A stretch of 59,917 nucleotides of DNA, counting the filler. It is 3 parts of 3 records of this genome, joined end to end, with 100 filler letters (N's around TTAATTAATTAA, not from the genome) between each part and the next. Parts side by side here need not be neighbours in the genome. Positions count along the whole stretch, not along the records: positions 1 to 30,765 come from SRR20825019_1817; 2 more parts are not named here. The stretch is one strand, 5' to 3'. This document shows positions 11,783 to 23,864 of the stretch, in pieces (the stretch's first letter is position 1; each line of letters opens with the position of its first letter). The notes beneath the pieces are model-generated. The model worked only from the letters and a program-made list of their open reading frames with translations. It had not been told where the DNA came from and searched no databases. Both the position numbers and the translations under genes were made by a program.

Positions 11783-13157
11783 TTGCGTGTTTGGACTTCG
11801 CTATACCTTCATGGTCGGGATCAGTGTTCTTGCAAGGTTCAGTCAGGCTCCTATGTTGGCAAGGCACTTACAGTCACCCTCACATACTTGTTTCAACACC
11901 CTGTCGCCTCGTTGTGTCAAAATTCTCTGGTAGCGTTTTTCCTGTTCGCGCTCGCTCTTTTCGGCCCGAAGCCAACCGTTCTGCCAACTGGCAGGGGGCA
12001 CAGTCCAGGCCCCCCATTGACACTGAGTTACCTTCGCAGGGCGGCGTGGCCCGGTCGTCCACCACCGGCGCCCAAAGCCATCCATCATCACATTACAGCG
12101 ACGCACTGAGGTCAATACCCGGCCGGGCCCCCGCGGTCAGGCTGGGCCGGGCGGCCGCCTGCGGCTACCGCGGGGCCGCCCGGCGACGGGCCCGCGCCTC
12201 GCTGCAGGGCGGCGGGACCTGTGACCTGAGCCCATGCCCGTACTGCTTAGTAGGCATCTCAGGCCGGGCCGAGATGAGCAGGCGAGGCCTGGGTGTGGCC
12301 GGAGTGGCCGTGATCAGATCGACCGGACCCAGGCTGGGGGGCCCGTGCCAGGGCTGGCTTCGACTCGGACTGTCATGCTGACGATGAGTCCTTGCCGCGG
12401 CGAGAGAGCGGCTGTCGTTCCCTCACACACTGCTGACCTGCTGACAGGCAGCTGAGAGGACCTACTCCCGGTAGCCGGCACGAGCGCTCCTCAGTCCCAG
12501 CGCCGGGCCTTGAATCTTTGTCTGCTGTCGTTCGGGTGACTCGGCAAGCGGTCAATTCTCAACTGTGGGCGACTAAACTCGGCATGGCAACCGTCTGATT
12601 GCAAACGGAACTCCAGTGTCGCTTGATTCGAGGGGGGTCAAGGTATTGGAGTCTTATTTTGAGGTCACATCTGGGGCCCTCAGGCGTCCTCTCACATGAT
12701 CAGTCGGACCGTGAGGGACTGCCCTCACGCGGTCGTGGCTGGGACCGGAAAACGCACTCATCCGGCCCCGACCTCCCTGGGCGGCGTGGCATGACTCCGC
12801 GTTCGCGGCGGCCGCGATTGACTCCCTCACGGCCTGGCACGGCACGTGCGGCCAAGGCGCCCGGCCGTCTGCCTCCACTGCTCCGGTTGATGCCGGAGCC
12901 GAGATACCCCCGTCCCGGCTCGGCCCGGATGGCTGTGACCGGAACCGCGGTCCACACGGCCCGGCTCAGAGCCAGGGCTAGACGGACTCAGGAGCCGGTC
13001 AGTTCCATTCAGCCCGTCAGGTGGCCTGGGCGGCCGGTCAGTCTAATAACAGTACCGCCACGAGAGGCCACTGCCCCGGCAAGGCCCAGGCCCTCGTGAC
13101 TTCGGCACTAGGGATATATACTGCACTACCATAGGGCCACCACAACACATAGGCACA

Positions 13158-14978
13158 ATGTCCCTGAAGCACATCCACGCCGCCACACCCGCCACAGAGC
13201 GTAACCTCCCCTCATATGTAAACGTATCTCCGGATGGAGAGGTCTTTGTCTACTGTTGTGGACAAAACGTATTTCTTCGTAACGTGGAGGAGCCTCTGAA
13301 TGTGGATATCTATACTGAGCACAACGCTGTCGTCACTTGTGCCGCGTTCTCTCCCAGCGGTTTCTATGTGGCCTCAGCTGACGTCCGCGGCCAGGTCCGC
13401 GTTTGGGACGCGAAGGGTGAAGAGCACAAACTTAAGGCAGAGTTACAGATCCTCGGTTCCCGCATTAACGAGCTCCGTTGGAGCCCGGACTCTCAGCGCA
13501 TTATTGCGGCAGGAGAAGGCCAGCCCATGGCAAAGTGCTTTATGTTCGATAGCGGAAACACCGTGGGCGAGATTACCGGTCACACCAAGAAGATTCAGAG
13601 CTGTGACTTCAAGCAGACCCGGCCCTTCCGCATTGCAACGGCGTCCGAGGACCAGACTGTGTGTTTCTTTGAGGGCCCGCCGTTCAAGTGGAAAGCCACC
13701 TGCTCTGACCACTCGAACTTTGTCAACTGTGCCCGCTTCTCCCCTGACGGCACTAGGCTCGTTACGGTCTCTTCTGACAGGAAGGGAATGGTTTTTGACG
13801 GAGCAACCTTTGAGAAGGTTGGTGAGCTGGACAGTGAGGATGCCCACGGTGGCTCCATCATCCAGTGCGCCTGGAGCAGTGACAGCAAGACACTCCTCAC
13901 CGCCTCCAGCGATAAGACATGCAAGCTGTGGGATATGGAGACCCTGAAGGTGTCACGGACATTCAACATGTCCGAAACACCTGGTCTTGATGACTCCCAG
14001 GTGGCCGTCTTGTTTGCCGGACAGAAGAAGGTCTCCCTTTCGCTCTCGGGATACCTTAACTTTCTCGACGACGACAGCCCCAATGTACCCCCGCGTGTGC
14101 TGACTGGCCACAACAAGGCCATTCAGTGCATGGCGGCCAACACCCGAGATGGCACACTCTACACCTCTGATTTCTCCGGCAGGATTCTGGGATGGCAGTG
14201 CGGGGTTGGTGATGCTGGAGGGTTTACTGGTACTCCCCACTCCGCTGGAGTTACCGCCCTTGCGGTAAATGAAGACAGCATCCTTGTCAGCGGTGCTAAT
14301 GACGACACCCTGCGGTTCTCTTCCCTGGAGACCCGTGAGCACAATGTCATGGAGGCCATTAAGACCCCTGGCGCCGTTCTCGGCATTGCCTGCAGCGGCT
14401 CGGATGCCTCGTGCCTTGTCGCGGTAACCGCCAGCTCGCTGCTGCTCGTCAAGAATGGAGCCATCGATCTCGAGGTGCCCACCCCCTATGGTGCCTTGAG
14501 CATCGACCTGAGCCCTGATGAGTCCACGGTCGCAGTCGGTGGAGGAGACAACCAGATCCACCTTTACAGCTTGAGCGGATCCGCCTTTTCCGAGACAAAG
14601 ACCCTTGCCAAGCACAACAACAAGGTGAATGTAGTCAAGTTCTCCAAGGACGGTGCCCAGCTTGCCTCCGGTGACTTCACGAAGCAGATCCACATCTGGG
14701 ACACCTCGTCCTGGGAGGTTACACAGAGCAGCGGTCACCACCAGGCGAAGATCACATCTATCTCATGGTCTCCCAGTGGTACGCGAATTGCCAGCGGCTC
14801 GCTTGATGGCTTCTGCATGATCCATGACCTTGAGAAGAAGATGAGGATTAAGTTCGAGGCCGCCCACCGTGGAGGTGTTAACGCTGTCACGTATGTTGAT
14901 GAGAACACCGTCTGTTCCGCTGGTGCAGACAGCTGCGTAAAGGTATGGGGTGACTTCGACAAGACCTTCAACGTCTAA
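13158..14978 (+). CDS. WDR1: Actin-interacting protein 1 (WD40 double propeller); intronless
   Basis: 606 aa of WD40 repeats with AIP1 signatures FSPSGFYVASAD, FMFDSGNTVGEITGH, RPFRIATASED and FFEGPPFK. Confidence 0.93.
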   Translation: MSLKHIHAATPATERNLPSYVNVSPDGEVFVYCCGQNVFLRNVEEPLNVDIYTEHNAVVTCAAFSPSGFYVASADVRGQVRVWDAKGEEHKLKAELQILGSRINELRWSPDSQRIIAAGEGQPMAKCFMFDSGNTVGEITGHTKKIQSCDFKQTRPFRIATASEDQTVCFFEGPPFKWKATCSDHSNFVNCARFSPDGTRLVTVSSDRKGMVFDGATFEKVGELDSEDAHGGSIIQCAWSSDSKTLLTASSDKTCKLWDMETLKVSRTFNMSETPGLDDSQVAVLFAGQKKVSLSLSGYLNFLDDDSPNVPPRVLTGHNKAIQCMAANTRDGTLYTSDFSGRILGWQCGVGDAGGFTGTPHSAGVTALAVNEDSILVSGANDDTLRFSSLETREHNVMEAIKTPGAVLGIACSGSDASCLVAVTASSLLLVKNGAIDLEVPTPYGALSIDLSPDESTVAVGGGDNQIHLYSLSGSAFSETKTLAKHNNKVNVVKFSKDGAQLASGDFTKQIHIWDTSSWEVTQSSGHHQAKITSISWSPSGTRIASGSLDGFCMIHDLEKKMRIKFEAAHRGGVNAVTYVDENTVCSAGADSCVKVWGDFDKTFNV

Positions 14979-15030
14979 GCGCGCAGTCAAGTCATATTTG
15001 TTTGTGAATAAAATCAAAATCTGTAGCCGG

Positions 15031-16287
15031 CTAGTATATCCCGGGCACCACCCGGGAGGGCGTTTTGGCACAATACTGGGCCCAGGCAGTACCATACCGG
15101 TACCTACACCGCTCATCATCCACAGCCTGCCTCGGTAGTAGCAGGGCCACATAATAGAGAGGGTAAAGCCACGCGATGGTATAGCGCACCGTGGACACGT
15201 TATCAATCCACCCGCCTCCCAGCGCCATGGCAAGCCCAGTGCCCATCATTATCTCTCCTAAATAGTTGATGTGCCTCGACAATCCCCTGCGAGACCCCAC
15301 TCAGCTAGTTCTTTTGCCCCACAACTTGGCAGTACTCACCAGAAACCACCCGTTAACACCAGCCTTCCCGAGAACTTGTCCTTGAGAGGGCGGTGCTTGA
15401 CCCCGATCCACGAGTATGGCGCCGGGGGGTCGGCGTGAGGATTGGTTTTGAAGTAGAACTTTTGCAGATTCGCCCCTCGAGATAGAATCCAACCCGTGAA
15501 AAAGCATAGCGCGGATCCTGCCAAGACATGCAGCGGCACATTAAGGTCCGACGAGCCCGCGGTGCTGTTCATGGGCAAGGAATAGAAGAATGGATAGAAA
15601 CATATGCATCCCCACCCTAGCTTGAAGCCAACCCGCTCTACCTGCAGCAATACTTCAGTATGTCAACATATCACACTGAATGGATGGTGTTACCATAAAG
15701 TCGAATGTATACAGGTGGACGTTTTCAAAGTACAGATACTCCGCAACAAAGAAGGACAACATCCCCGTATGCAGCATCGCCCCAGTAGGAATAGCAGTCG
15801 AGGTCTTCAGCGCGACTGCGGCACTGGAAAGAAGACTGAGCTCGAGCTGGATAGCACCAACAAGATACAAGACCATCTTTGCGTCCAGGATCCGACCCAT
15901 CACTACACACCGCGGATTCCATAAACGGCCACACCAAAGCTCTTCCAAAAACGATTCTTGTGGATTCCCGGAGGGTCGGACCGGAGTCCACACCGCTACC
16001 ACTGTGAAGACGAACCCCAGCAGAGACGCACCAGTCGCAATATCTAGGGAGTTTGTGTGAAGGTCGCTCCAATCCATCAGGCGGGCCCAGCACAGCACCG
16101 ACCACAAAGCAACGGAAACAGCAAGGCACAAGGGTCCGTTGAGGTCGTACTCTAGCTTCTGATCTGTCTTCCTATCTTTGACGTACCCGCGCACACGTGC
16201 CGCAGGGAGAACTACGTGCAAGGTAGTCACAACCGCGTATGTTACAGGAGTCCATATCCCCCACATCGTTCCTGGAACAGGAATCAT
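15031..16287 (-). CDS. Sterol reductase of the ERG24/ERG4/LBR family (2 introns)
   Basis: Motifs YDLNG, GRLWNPR, ERVGFKLGWGCICFYPFFY, RGANLQKFYFK, GFWGLSRHINYLGEI and DDERCRYRYG..W..YC, across ORFs 15655..16287, 15336..15650 and 15031..15300. Confidence 0.88.
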
Positions 16288-17042
16288 CCTGAAGGGAACG
16301 AATCAAAATCATTTTTTCACTGGTGATACAAGTAGTTTTCCCCTTAGGAAAAGCTACGTCAAAGCTGGAAACTAACGGCACTGCCCTTCCCGCGCGGGCT
16401 AGACTGGGGCTGGTTGCGACGCCCGCATGCCGCCGGGAGGGTCAGGCCCGGGCCCGCCCCGCGGCGCGGCCCAGCACCCCCGGGGCCCCGCCCGCCGGCG
16501 ACGGCGCGGCCGCTGATCGGCACACTGACCCTCAGTTCCGGATGTAGCGGTTGACCTATTATCATGATTGACATCAGTAGACAAAAGCGCATGGGCAGTT
16601 ACACGCCCTAAGCCCCTCGCACCCAATCCATTGATTGATCACACTGTGAGTACGCTGTTGGGCTCGTCACTGCCCGAGGCCCGCCGGGCCCGGCGGCCGG
16701 GCCGCCGCCGGGCCGCCGCCGGGCCGCCGCGCCCCAGCCGATCCACGCCGGCTGACAGCCACTCACTGCCAGGCCGGGCCGTCACCGGCAGCGTACGACA
16801 ACTGCCTCGCCAAGACTTGCCACGATGCGAATCGGCCTGACGGCTGTAACTCTATTCTGCCGCGCTCGACCCGGCCCGCCGGTCGAGTGACTTTGAAGTT
16901 CTGGAGTGACCCACACAAGACTACCTCCATTGTTCACTGCCTGCCACCCTCGGCTTCTCAATTCTTATATTAGGGGGAGTGCGAATACTTGTCGTGAGGA
17001 ATATACTGGTGGGCTTTGTTCCACACCACGTGAGGTACACGA

Positions 17043-20000
17043 ATGGTTCAGGCTGCCGCCTCCGAGGTGTCTGAGGCACTGAGGCTCGACTTGTCGGGGC
17101 TGCAGCGAAGCACTGACCAAGAGAATGTACTTTCTCCCAGTCCGCGCCCTCCTGTTCGTCCCAAGAGGTTGGCCTTGGTCACTAACTCGTGCTTGTTAAC
17201 CCACTGACCGTGTTCCTGCAGCGCCCAGACCAGGTTCGTGGAGCCATCGGCAGGGTTACATGAGCACAATACACCCACACGCCCACAGAGCGCACGTATG
17301 ATCGTGACGCGACCAACCAGTGCCACGGCACAACCGCTAAGACCATCGAGTGCGCGGCCTTCCGTTGGTGAAAGTGAGGATCCTGACAAGGCGCAGAAGT
17401 TTGGGAGGCGGTTGGAAGCAATAGGCTACACCCGCAAGACCCAGCCCTCGGCCGTCCGGAAACCGCCGTGGAACCCTAGTACAAAGCGCCGCGGGCCATT
17501 CAAGAAGAATGCGCCGACAGACTATCTGCCCACCGCCAAACTCAAACGAAAGCCTGACCAAGCCATCCCCGCCCAAAGTCCCGCGCGCCCACTGAGTGCT
17601 CAGCGCATGAACAAGTATTACAAGAATGTGGCTGAGCAGCTATCGGTGGAGTTTGAGAAACACGGGTGGAACGAGCGCCCAGTTGCACAGAAACTGACTC
17701 ATCAAAAAAGTGGTGGCAGGTCGAGTCCAGTGCGGCCATCCTCGGCGAGATCGCAGCGAGGAACCTCGCCTGGGCCACGCGACAGCCCAACTCCCACATC
17801 TAGACCTTCCAGTGCAGGGCGGTCGTTGCCTTCTAGTGGCCGTCGCAGCCGCTCACGCACCCCCGAGCCAGTGCAATTTGGTGAGTGAACGCGCGCCGAA
17901 GTGCCAGTGGCATGTGATTCTGATATGAGCGCAGATGATGGTGAGGGTAGCATCCCAGACTTTGAGGACCACAGGAGTGTAGGAACGGCTCACAGTTCCA
18001 CCTATGGGGTCCCATCGGTCAATGTTCATGCACTGGAGGAGTGGGAGAAACGAGTGGCGGCCAAGACCATGTCGGATTCCAGGTTCCCGACGCAGTTTCA
18101 TGTGTGGGAGTGGTCGCCAGATGTCACCGACCTAGTATCCCGTGAAAAGGGGCAGGACATTTCCTTTAATGAAGAAAAACAAAAGTATGGGCGTCGAGTA
18201 TTTCCAGCAAAGTTTCCCGTGGGGAATGAGCAGTCGTTCTACCTCGAGAGGATGACGAAAAAGTACATGATCTGGGAAAAGACTCTTCTGAAGGAAATGA
18301 TCGAGCAAAACACCAAGACCCGGGACAGTGATATGGAGATGTATGCTTATCGGGAGGCAGAGGTGGAGTTCAGGGTCTGGGAGCACGTCCTCCACGAGCT
18401 GTCTCGTCAGGTGTACGCCCACTCCACGGTGTGCGGGGCCGCCATAGACCATTTCAGGGAGCAGATCTATGAGAGTGCCCGGCGTATTGTCGCGGCGGGA
18501 TATCAGCTGCACTACAACAATAATGAGAAACTGGCCAGCCAGGCAGAGGATCACATAGCCAATGTCAAGAAAGTCAATGAGAGTATGGCGACGGTTAATG
18601 AAGAGAATAAGAAGCTCAAAAAGCGGATAACGGAGCTGGAGTTATCTCTCGAAGATGAGCAGGAGGAGGTGCTTCGGCTCAAGAATCAGCTCAAGACCTT
18701 GCAGGAGCAGCATGACGACTTGATCTATAAGGTAAGGTTCTGCATTCGTTTGTGTAACTACACTGACCCCGTGGCAGGTTCAATCAGGTGAGATCGAGCA
18801 TGGGCGCAAGGCGAGCATGACCGGAGACCCTCGGATGAAGAGGAGGGAAGTGGAGCCAGGTGTGTACTACAATCCACTGGGCGACGAGGAGCGGCCATTC
18901 CAGACCCTTGCAGACACTGTCAACAACCTCAACGACTTCCTGGACGAAAGCGAGCTGGAGATTGCCCGGCAAGACAACGATGCCATGAGGTCACTCGTCA
19001 AGATCGGTGAAACGGTGACTAGGTGGATGTTTACACTTCGATCCTCGGATTGACTCGCTGCTTCAGGTCCTCAAGCCCACTGTCGACGAAAAGGAAGTAC
19101 AGACGGATGGAGACTGGGACACCGGAAAGAAGGGCAAGAAGAAGAAGCACGAACGCGGGCTGTGGACCAAGGTTACTGACATCAAGAACATGGATCCGTT
19201 TTCACACCGCCATATGTCCAAGCTCATCAGGTATTTGCTCCTTGTTCAATTATGCCCTTCAGCTCTAAAATTGCACCGCACAGTGTGATCTATCTTAAGA
19301 AGATCCAGATGGATTCGTTTGACGACCGTTATAGCAGGCCTCGTCAGTCACTCGAGAGCTTTACTTATGACTACTTCGTTCAGAAGTACGGCCTCAAGGA
19401 CCTGGCGGAGAAGAACCTCCGCACTTTCTGTTGCAGTGTACGGAAACTAAGCGGCGAGAATAGAAGGTGAGGCAGCCCCATCTCGATACCGCGCCTCTCG
19501 TGTGTGACAATTTTGCGCGTTACAGGGCGCGGATGTTCGGACGGTTTTGTGGGATTATGGAGCCGCAGCTTTCTATGGAAGTGCTCGATTTTTACCTTTA
19601 CATGCTTGAACTCCTGACCAACCACAAGGAGTACTTCCGTTTTGTGGATTTGGAGGGCAAGGAACCTCTGATGTGGGTCCCGCTGTCTTGCATGGGAGAC
19701 TGTGTGCGAAAGGCGTTTGAGCGTGTCCTATCGATAGACGGGGAAGAGATTATGGAAAAGATACAGAAGATTGCTGTTGTGGATAGAAAGCACAACATCA
19801 AAAAGGTGTGTCGTCACTCCCATACGATCTGATTGTCACTAACAGAGTGTAGGTTGATGTGGACGTGTCGCTGGAAATGGCGACGACGGAGTTCGAGAGG
19901 CTGGACAGGAAGGCTACGGATCGGCTGCACGACTTCTTCGTGAACTTTGACGTGAACAAGGACGGTGTGTTGGTGTATGATGAGTTCAGAGCCATCATCC

Positions 20001-20600
20001 AGTCTGCCTCACCGAATATCGGGGACGAGGACAACGTCCGGATGTATAGCGAGATCATCCAGATGTCCGACACAGAGGGAATATCTGTTGACCAGTTCGT
20101 CAGTGTCTGCAAAAAATACAAGTTGTTGGCTTTCGGAGTTCCGCCCAGCCAGCTCACCAAGAAGCAAATATCCCGACAGGAATATGCGCTGATCGATGTA
20201 GACTGGACCACTAACAAGCAAGACATCGAGGAGAAGTTCAACAAGCTTGCCAAGGCCTCCTTCGACACAAGCTCAGTGATGAAAGAGCTGACAGAGGTTG
20301 GTGCGTCCACCGCACTGCTGGCCTGAATATTCACCTTTGTGCTCGCAGATGTACAACCGCGTGGAAAAAATGGTACGGGAAAAATCGATGCCGGCAGATG
20401 ATATCAACGACACCTTCCGCCTGTTTTTGTCGGCGCTCACGCGACAGGTGGCGCGGATCCGACGACTGGAGAAGATGTACCTGCTCGGTAAGAAGAGCCA
20501 CGGAGAGAAGGGCCTGAGCAAGGCCCCGGGCCTGGCTTCGGCTGTCAATCTAGTCTCGGCCAACCTGCGCATGGCGGAGTCACTGGAATTCCTAAAATGA
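17043..20600 (+). CDS. Large coiled-coil/EF-hand protein, TSNAXIP1-like (possibly flagellar); multiple introns
   Basis: ATG at 17043; introns include 17168-17221 and 17881-17934. Ser/Pro/Arg-rich N-terminus, coiled coil (EENKKLKKRITELE), YDYFVQKYGLKDLAEKNL motif and EF-hand DVNKDGVLVYDEF. Confidence 0.6.
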
Positions 20601-20646
20601 ATCCAAGCGCCAGATCCCGGTTCTTAAATTAGGTGAACGCTGGGTT

Positions 20647-21267
20647 TTATGGAAATAACCCACGGTAGGCATTGTTCTTGCCGTTATAGCCCCGGCCCGA
20701 GTTGAGGCGGAAGGCAGTGCTCATCTTGTTTGTGAGGTGCGCCTCCTTTGCCAGCCTGTCAGAATACTGTGCCTGCCCGTTAGCCTCTCCCCAGCACCGT
20801 ACCACGACCATCCCAGCCTACCTCCTGCATCTCCTTGTTGAGATCAGATATTGCGCGGCCCTGCTTATCTACAGTTTTCTGTATATTGTTTCTTTCTATT
20901 GCGTGTGTCTCAAGCAGCTTCTCCATCTTACTGCAAACATATATGAAATTAACTCAGCACCAGGGCAACGAGTATACACCCCCACTCACTCCAGCGCCTC
21001 GGACACATCAGTCCCGTGCGAAGACACAGACTTGAGGGATGACACACTAGATTTGGGCGGACGCGCGGGCTTCTTCTGTCGGCTGGGTACCCGAGAATGC
21101 GTGGTTGCGGTGCTAAAGGACCGATTGGAATCTAGTGGTCTCGCCTCCCGGTTTTCCTTCGAACTGTCGCGGTGGCTGTGATGGTGATGATGGCTCTTGT
21201 GTGACTTGCGAGAAGACACTTCGGAGGGATTGGTGATGCCCGAGCGCCCCGACCGGTCCGTCCTCAT
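20647..21267 (-). CDS. Small basic Ser/His-rich hypothetical protein with a coiled coil (2 introns)
   Basis: ORF 20986..21354 (read from MRTDRS) continues through gtgagt...cag and gtaggc...ctaac...cag introns to KMEKLLETHAIER...NAYRGLFP*. Confidence 0.55.
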
Positions 21268-21489
21268 GCATGTAGAGCATGTATAGTATGACGAGGATGT
21301 CACTCCAGTCAGCGTGGAACAACAGTCCTGCGGCAGTGTCAGACCCTGCCTCATCTATGAGTTGAAACAAAGTTTACCGAGCAGGAACAGTAGGACGATG
21401 CAAACGACCGTGCAGTTGACATCTTTAAGCGGAACGACACCGCCTGGGTTGTGCAGGGCGACGCATGATACTTCAAGGTAGGGCTATGG

Positions 21490-22060
21490 CGCAGGCAGTG
21501 CACCCGGGGCGACCACGCAGTGCGGCGTCGTGGCGGCCCCCGGTGGGCCCGGCCCCCGGTGGGCCCAGCCTCCGGCCGGACGCCGGCGGCGCGGGCGTCC
21601 GGCGCGGCGGGCCGGCCCAGCGCGGCGCAGCGGGGGCGCCCGCCGGAGGCCGCCGCCCGCCGGCCGGGCCGGGCACAGGCCGGCCGAGGCCCGCAGCGGG
21701 GATCGGAAGCCCACGGGCCGGCGGGCCGGCGGTCACGGGGGCGTGCAACTGCCAGGTGGAATGCTCAACTCTACTAGGAGTTGATCTCTCTGTAACCCTA
21801 CCTCCAACCCTGATGTTCCGTGGCCTTAACCTTCAGGCCCCACCGGACAGGCCCGCGACTCTCATCACCGGCCGGGCCCCGTGCGGCCCCGTGATCAATG
21901 GCGCGGCCCGCGCCGAGTGTCCTATCGGACGGCCGGCCCCCCCGGGCACGCCACTGGCAATCAGCCCCGCCTTGGGGGCCGCGGCGCCTTGTCTCATCAG
22001 GCACCTCCCAGTCCGCCAGCCGGCCGGTGCCTGCCGTCCGCCGCGGCGAAAGGCGCACGG
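21490..22060. promoter_or_regulatory. GC island between divergent genes
   Basis: Near-pure GC, including a 16-bp tandem duplication GGCCCCCGGTGGGCCC (21535-21566). Lies between starts at 21267 (-) and 22226 (+). Confidence 0.5.
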
Positions 22061-22225
22061 GCTGTGATTGGTTGCAGGTATGACCTCGCTGAATGGCTGG
22101 TACTAGAACAGGCTCCAAGACAGTTTGTCTTCACCAGCCAGTAGAGTGCGAGTTCGCGTTCAGCCTTTATAAGCCCCCTGCTATGTGTAATTATTGATTT
22201 CAATACAGAGTTGCGTTGTCAAGAC

Positions 22226-23062
22226 ATGGCCGCGCATACATACCGAACACTCTCCTTGAGCCTGCCGGAGTGCCCGTCGTTCTCGAGAACACTGTACGTG
22301 AGGCAGCATGCAGACAAGGGTGGTATGGAGGAGGGTATGCCCACGTTGTTTGTCACCAATCTAGCGCCTGGGTGGACTGCTGAAGAGGTCCGTCAGCTCT
22401 TTTCGCAGTTTGGCGAGGTTGAAGAGGCACGAGTGGGGCAGGTAAGGCTTGCACAGCCACAGCGCCGGGTGTCACTAACGATGCTGTACAGCTGCCCGTG
22501 GATGGTAAGGCAGCGTGTGGTAGTGCGTTTGCACACGTAGTGTTTGAAGATGAGAATGTCCTTGACGCTGTCTTGGAGGCATCGTCCGTGTCCAACACAA
22601 TCCAGTCAGAAGATACCAAGCTCAAGATGTGGATGAACCAGTATCGTGCGACCCGTCCCAAAGCGTTTGACCTACAGAAGCGCGTAGATAATTTTATGGC
22701 AATGTTTGAGAAGAATGAGGCTGAGGAGAAGGCCCGGCTCCTTGCGGCGCGGGACCAGCCTGATGAGGATGGATGGATCACTGTGGGACCGCGGATCAAG
22801 GGAAAGAAGAACCAGGCCGTGGCCACTTATGCCAGCCAAGAGACGCTCAAAGATAAGGAGAAGAAAAAGAAAAAGACCATTGAAGACTTCTACAAGTTCC
22901 AACAGCGCGAAGCGAAGCGCGAACGTAAGCGTGCCTACGGTTGGTGACTGTGCAAGTGGCTTATTGTGGTGTGCAGAGCTGGCGACCTTGCGGAGGAAAT
23001 TCGAGGAGGACAAGGCCAAGATTGCCCGCATGCGGGCTGGCAGGAAGTTCAGGCCATATTAG
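22226..23062 (+). CDS. RRP7: Ribosomal RNA-processing protein 7 (RRM plus RRP7 domain; 2 introns)
   Basis: TLFVTNL RRM start, FAHVVF, PDEDGWITV, DFYKFQQRE and C-terminal LRRKFEEDKAKIARMRAGRKFRPY. Confidence 0.9.
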
Positions 23063-23864
23063 ACTGATTGGATTGTCCTAATCTCACAAGGAGGCGGCGA
23101 ATGTGGTCACACTAACGTATACGAGAGGACTGCATGTAAGCGCGACGGGCGCGTCTGGCTGGTCGAAGGCGGGCACTCGACTGCTGAATCCGGCATGTCG
23201 AGAACGCGGTTGAATGGGACAGCCCCACCATTGCCAGAGGACGCTGCCTCGATGTTTTCATAATGAAGTGGCAGAGGTCGAAAGACTCTTTGGAGTATGC
23301 CGGTATGTTTTTTCCTGTCTGAAGTGAGCCTTGCTGCACCCACATCAACATGCCGTGACGGATCACATCCAGTGCGGCCGTGCGGTTCACTCTCCGCAGT
23401 TCACGGTTAATGCTGAACACCCGCAAACTGAGAAACAACAACTGAAACTGAAATGGTCACGGAATCAGTTTGAGGTCAGAGGCCAATTATTGACTCCAAA
23501 ATTAACTATGAATAGATTTGGGAACACCGCCCAGGTGACAGCCGTGGACTCCGGCGTCAGTCACTGTGGGCCGCGTGCCGGACCGGCTCACCCCTGCGCG
23601 GCCCGGCGCGGGCGCGCCGCGGCCCGGGCCCGTGCGCCGCCTACGGACTGATGGATGCCCGGACGGCCCGGCCCGGGGCCGCCCCCCGCCGCCGGCCTCC
23701 CGGCGCGGCGCGCCGCGCCCCGGGCCGGGCTCGGGAGGGCTTCACTGCCTGCTCATACTTCACAAGCCGGAGTGACCCGACGCTGGCCCGCCCCAGGCGG
23801 CATACCTCTGCTACAGCAATCTGATAAATAGCAGCATGCCTTGCTGACAGTCGCCAGAGCAGCC

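Noticed and set aside
12583..12592. RFX X-box-like half sites (CATGGCAAC; also GTTGCC near 94)
   Set aside because: Incomplete palindromes, not upstream of the ciliary genes, and expected by chance.
13300..14971. Long antisense or alternative-frame ORFs over AIP1, the kinase and dynein
   Set aside because: Shadow ORFs caused by codon bias in the real genes.
23466..23503. Spliced-leader RNA (AGTTTGAG/GT and AATTTTGG)
   Set aside because: The two elements are on opposite strands, and AATTTTGG also occurs in another promoter island (6617-6624), so there is no coherent SL RNA.
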